DNA of 64,000 nucleotides, taken from NCBI GenBank assembly GCA_965240325.2, contig OZ251251.1, positions 620,001-684,000 on the forward strand, written 5' to 3'. The notes beneath the pieces are model-generated. The model was given only the letters and a program-made list of their open reading frames with translations. It had not been told where the DNA came from and did not search any database. Every line of letters begins with the position of its first letter. Within the stretch, counting starts at the first letter, position 1. Positions 62,001-64,000 of this stretch are shown one piece after another. A program made the position numbers and the translations under genes. The DNA comes from Rebecca billardiae RCC1528. Lineage: Eukaryota > Protista > Haptophyta.

Positions 62001-64000
62001 AGCGTATCAAGGACATGATGCTGCCAAGTCTCTTTTCGTACCTCGAGTCGAAACGGCACATCGTGAACCCGAATGAGAATTTCCTGAATTTACATACTCT
62101 GCTCGAAATCTTCGAGCACGAGCTGAACGTATCGACCATGTCGGAGCTCCGAGCTGAGTTCAAGAAGCTCTACCCGGACCGACCGACCCCGGTGAGCGGC
62201 CCTGAGATGATCAAGCAAACGGTGGAGATGGTACGCGCATCACGCTATCGAGAGCTAGACGACGCCACACTCCTCGTGTTCAAGCTGTACAACGGGATGC
62301 ACGAGCACCCAGAGGTCTACTCGACCGTCATCTCTATTTACGGTTCAATGTCGCCCCAGCAATGCGTGGCGCAGACCGAACAGCTCACCGCCCAGATCGA
62401 GGACGCATACAGGCGTTGGACTCAGTCGCCCAAGGGACGACAGGCAACGCAACGTGACCCCAAGCGGGGCGGTCCCGCGCACGCTCTCAATACTGAGGAG
62501 GCGGACCGCCGACAACCAGCCGTCACGTGCTCGCACTGCGGGCTACGCAATCACACCGCAGAGCGGTGCTGGAAGCTACATCCAGACTTGCGGCCACCCA
62601 GGCCGCCCGGTGCACCAAAACAGGGCAACTTCAAGCCGCCCGCCAAGCCCGGCGGGCGTGACGGCAAGTTCATCAAAGTACCTCCGCCCCCCAAGCGGGC
62701 GTGGAGGCCGCGAGCCCAGATGGTGCAAGACGAGGACATCGACCCGGAACCCGATGACGCAGATCTCGAGCCGACGCAATACGCGTATCTGGACTCGGGC
62801 GCGTCCCAATCATTTGTCGATATCAACCTCGGCCTGCTACACAATGCTCATCCGATCAGCATGTCTGTCAAGGTCGCCAAGCGCGACATTGAGCTACACG
62901 CATCCAAGGCAGGCGACATGTACGTATACTTACTCGACGCCGACTCAGACACAACCGTGCCGGTGTGCCTGGAAAACGTCGTCGGAGTCGAAGATCTCAA
63001 TACTACTCTCTTTTCAGTCAACGCGTTCGCCGCGGCCGGAATGGCTGTGGTGTTCGACGAACGACCATACATCCGCATCGGCCCCAAGAGGGTTCATTTG
63101 CGCCCCGACAACACTGTCGGATTCAAGGCAGTCGTACCCAAGGCAGAGACAGCCATGCCGGCCACCGCGGACGACATGCCACCAGACGTCGACCCGATCA
63201 AGAACGGTCGAAAGATCACGCTCTGGCAATCCAGACTAGGATACGCCGATATCAAGCGTGTACGCGCAACCTACCGCGCGAACGACAAGATGTCGGAGGC
63301 ATCGCCCTGCACGTACCAGCCCTCCGACATTGCCAAGTTCAAAGCTAAGCCGTTCCCGGGCACACGTGAGAGGACAACTCGACCGCTCGAGATGCTCCAC
63401 AACGATGTCATCGGGCCCATCAACGGGCTGCCCGCCAAGACTCCAAGGTGGGGAACTCTATTCATCGATGATTTTTCCGGATACATGCGCTTCTACGACA
63501 TGCAAAACAAGGCTGAAGCGCCGGAGAAGCTCGACCTCATGGCCAGCGAGATGGGAGCCAACTCTCTATCCGCCACCATGCAGAACAAGGGTATCGCAGG
63601 ATGCACCATTCACCTCGACGGAGGCCGAGAGTTACACTCAAAGAATTGGAACCGAGTCCTTCGCAGGTACGACATGCTATGCAACTACATGTCGCCCCCC
63701 CACACGCAGCAGCTGAACGGCGTCGCCGAACGTGGCCTCGGAGTCATCATGAATGACGCCAGGACAATGCTGTACCTCTCAGGCGTACACCACAAATGGT
63801 GGCATTGGGCAGCCAAGTGCGCTGCCGCGCAACGCAACCTGATGAGCAAGCATCCTACCAGCGATGGCAAGCTGGTTTCACCGCACGAGTTGATGTTTGG
63901 CACCTCGCCCGGGCCATTCCTGCAAAAGCTGAGAGTCTGGGGCTCGCCCTGCATCTACCTCGTACAGTCGATCAACAAGCAGAACAAGCTACTCCCGCGC
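59028..64000 (+). mobile_element. Ty1/copia LTR retrotransposon, 5' portion (runs off the window)
   Basis: Composition shift beginning TGTCAAAAG at ~59028 (putative 5' LTR, ending near ...TTTCA 59217; boundaries tentative). Domain order is gag knuckle, protease, integrase, which is the copia order. Confidence 0.85.
59531..64000 (+). CDS. Copia gag-pol polyprotein (>1,490 aa, open to the window end; absent from the ORF track because it has no stop)
   Basis: One open frame from ATG 59531: MYND-like Cys cluster (60923-61051), CSHCGLRNHTAERC (62528), YLDSGASQS (~62790), LWQSRLGY, LHNDVIGP, FIDDFSGY, IHLDGGRE and PHTQQLNGVAER. Confidence 0.9.
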   Translation, partial: MSSWELRGGQRGNTPRGRARSHPNSKVDIREDLTNNNNIVPAMRDAQRQSHRTEYSRPPQLSQGKWTRTPIHWQRSFENLDSRFGPSQRIEQDPNRVNGRYGDDAERRREPRDVRRKRRHHIEVPEGESRRPEHFGSHIHVPPQRDPSQPLQQLDHNNQAQRRAVDRHAPIEQSAAAPRAAPTYSMTTPSAQTQQGGSLEFEPSPYPQQRRGARGWSGPSKPMAECWASPTFQPSCDNLSSSTLSPTPTDGDFGTSSTMAARPGLTSRDDQPTSFVAAPGPSPPVGATPHLSISSLVPDFQELLKDYPFDTGQIPHDPGQRMQPVEAIAPELEYLGDSPGDLVSIDEVVAALYEVALMGINEPDQKPMDVVESFFHDMGGTRSAPTNHSHTILCCSKAAWEQDARDRHRMSSLLSTYPLLSASSWYGVSETFDCIIPEIPSRKNLGNGIYSSQWSEIDTDDPESCQPCDNQSCTSRHCLLECNICGMGRVCSYRCADAIQVQHQLECEQIIQFAAMNDGIDIDDDGIHVHQQDGPVAAADRRSLSVVNDAGASLDDICPWRPSKRCTIYSGGFIAAAAERHQGHNYTVGDYVRERDELHQSKFDLMFHCNDALLQPGVACLLHDEFYGLTSEAGEGHSPADDGPPGHGTNYPPAATGADNSAQQSSDGDESSTSDIDSYTTAEDHIETSSPHASPRTRRNGSEACTYLPDAHAMMAVQTSQLGVGSYKLNFFTIKSKMAIHGAIKDAVTEVKASYKGRATDTTSSMVTLVEARLSGYALAEAAVWTAENAIREPYATAFANMDADTTIMQMTIVYERSVEVLFKRIKDMMLPSLFSYLESKRHIVNPNENFLNLHTLLEIFEHELNVSTMSELRAEFKKLYPDRPTPVSGPEMIKQTVEMVRASRYRELDDATLLVFKLYNGMHEHPEVYSTVISIYGSMSPQQCVAQTEQLTAQIEDAYRRWTQSPKGRQATQRDPKRGGPAHALNTEEADRRQPAVTCSHCGLRNHTAERCWKLHPDLRPPRPPGAPKQGNFKPPAKPGGRDGKFIKVPPPPKRAWRPRAQMVQDEDIDPEPDDADLEPTQYAYLDSGASQSFVDINLGLLHNAHPISMSVKVAKRDIELHASKAGDMYVYLLDADSDTTVPVCLENVVGVEDLNTTLFSVNAFAAAGMAVVFDERPYIRIGPKRVHLRPDNTVGFKAVVPKAETAMPATADDMPPDVDPIKNGRKITLWQSRLGYADIKRVRATYRANDKMSEASPCTYQPSDIAKFKAKPFPGTRERTTRPLEMLHNDVIGPINGLPAKTPRWGTLFIDDFSGYMRFYDMQNKAEAPEKLDLMASEMGANSLSATMQNKGIAGCTIHLDGGRELHSKNWNRVLRRYDMLCNYMSPPHTQQLNGVAERGLGVIMNDARTMLYLSGVHHKWWHWAAKCAAAQRNLMSKHPTSDGKLVSPHELMFGTSPGPFLQKLRVWGSPCIYLVQSINKQNKLLPR

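Overview
Very GC-rich eukaryotic genomic DNA with spliceosomal GT-AG and GC-AG introns full of GC/GT microsatellites. The style suggests a haptophyte such as Pavlovales (inference only). The main finding is a 12-exon, ~2,480-aa CHD6-9/Kismet-type chromatin remodeller (24542..14259, minus). After its chromodomains, SNF2 ATPase and SANT-like region it carries a bacterial McrB N-terminal (DUF3578) methylcytosine-reader-like domain, interrupted by three introns, and then an SGF29-type tandem Tudor. It lies head-to-head with an MTA/SAH nucleosidase gene. Other genes are a GST, a Pro-rich surface protein, a polytopic membrane protein, a low-complexity protein with a MAP65-like tail, an inverted pair of F-box/RCC1 genes, an FN3 protein, a CAMK-group kinase, a ~1,600-aa membrane-anchored RTX-like Gly-repeat protein and a secreted hypothetical protein. 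Mobile DNA includes a deleted pogo-like DDE element, four related CAAGGG-ended foldback elements (7-bp TSDs visible on three; nested and clustered), a TA-flanked MITE, and the 5' part of a Ty1/copia element with an unusual MYND-like N-terminal extension. All domain calls come from motif recognition by eye; no database searches were run.
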